From NCBI GenBank assembly GCA_963823655.1, contig CAWGMK010000010.1, positions 224,001 to 288,000 of the forward strand: a stretch of DNA of 64,000 nt. The letters are read 5' to 3'. This DNA comes from an uncultured Bacillota bacterium (lineage in GTDB: Bacteria; Bacillota; DTU025; MWDF01). Below, one piece after another: positions 63,006 to 64,000 of this stretch. A program made the position numbers and the translations under genes. The notes below the pieces were generated by a model that was not told where the DNA came from, did no database searches, and worked only from the letters and a program-made list of their open reading frames with translations. Numbering within the stretch: the first letter of the stretch is position 1; each line of letters starts with the position of its first letter.

Positions 63006-64000
63006 CTATATTGTTGGGACAATCATTGTGATGTTGCGTTCGCCTATCAAGTAGATACGCTCCTGCGATTTTCTTAACGCTATCGGCCCTTTCAACCAGC
63101 TTGCCTGGTAATTCTCTATAGTATTTAGCTCTTCGTCAAGTATTACCAAGCCACCATCTACCGGTATCAAATATGTTGGCCCATCTGCTATAGGGCGTCC
63201 AACAATTCTGAATGATGAAATAATCCTTTTTAGGATTTGGCCCTTATCTATGTCAATGAGAGAAAGCGTAATCCCGTCCTTTGCCACTGCCAGGGCTTTG
63301 TCGGCGTATCCCACAACAAGGTATTCAGGAGGCTCCATAATGAGCCGCCATTCATAGAAAGGCATATCCTGATTGCTCCATTTGATTATCCCTATGTATT
63401 TGTCTAATACTAGGATGCTTTTGGGTCCAAGCACTTCTACATCTGTGAAACCGATACCTATCTTTTCTAGCTGCCTGGTTGTGGATCCGTCATTCATATC
63501 GACAATGTTGAGGTATTCTATTCCCTCCGTTAGGCCGGTATCAGCCGAGTTGTAGGAAACCTTCCCTATGACTATGCAACTGCCGTTAACCAGGTAATCG
63601 AGGGACCATACAGGCCCCGCATATTCTACAAATCAGCAGTTGGGCGGTTTGAAGTACTCCCAGGCAAGGCTTCCGTCCAGGTTAAGTGCAAACAGGCCGT
63701 GGTCCCATCCTACGAGCAGGATGCCATCCATTACCGTCAACGCATGAACAATGTCATAGGCATCGATCTGCCATTTCAACTTCCCATCTTTTGAAAGCCC
63801 GGCAACGGTATTCCCGAAAGCCATGTAAATATCTCCGAACAAATCTGTTGCCAGAAGGTATATGGGTTCGCTGGATTTCCAAGACCACCTGACATGCCCA
63901 TACTTATCGAAAACCACAGCTTGATTTCCTGCCGAAATGACAATCCCTCCGTCTGGCATTAATTCAGACGAGGTTATGCCTTCGACTTCTACCGACCATA
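63006..64000 (-). CDS. PQQ/BamB-like beta-propeller protein with one in-frame TGA at 63633-63635 (5' end outside window)
   Basis: Repeats DKYGHVRW, SKDGKLKW, NLDGSLAW; ORFs 63633..63959 and 63006..63497 share a frame and the 45 intervening codons contain no stop. Confidence 0.7.

Noticed and set aside
1-64000. CRISPR array, prophage, rRNA or anti-phage defence genes
   Set aside because: I saw no regularly spaced repeats and no cas, phage structural or recognisable defence domains.

Overview
A chromosomal window from an anaerobic, probably Bacillota-like bacterium (inferred from gene content, sigma-A-type promoters and GGAGG RBSs; genetic code 11). It is GC-rich up to about 52 kb and visibly more AT-rich after the tRNA. 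Many conserved genes are broken by single-base frameshifts, densest at about 41.7-48.4 kb. I read these as long-read assembly indel errors, not real pseudogenes. Contents in order: FeFe-hydrogenase-type C-terminus; secreted C69 peptidase; panG-panB-panC-birA-copZ with a pan-motif-like attenuator; a folate cluster; a Na+-translocating acyl-CoA decarboxylase cluster with two beta subunits; two paralogous DUF6305 / M14-deacylase / gamma-glutamyltransferase loci (one with a CapD-like GGT, the other with a DctM-like transporter and a D-glutamate-cyclase-like gene); a lipid block with three bCerS/YghO-like GNATs, two GPH-MFS transporters, two acyltransferases and glycosyltransferases; an AfuABC-like ABC transporter plus gmhA-like gene; GH3 glucosidase; tRNA-Leu(CAG) with a 2.6-kb integrase-less islet; an eroded aro/tyr operon with a Tyr-rich leader-peptide attenuator; and a beta-propeller gene with an in-frame Cys-TGA followed by a SECIS-like hairpin. 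Best leads: the candidate selenoprotein, a putative poly-gamma-glutamate/D-glutamyl utilisation system, the ceramide-synthase-like/MFS lipid module, and the Tyr attenuator with selective loss of aroF, aroB and pheA. Family assignments come from motif recognition, not database searches.
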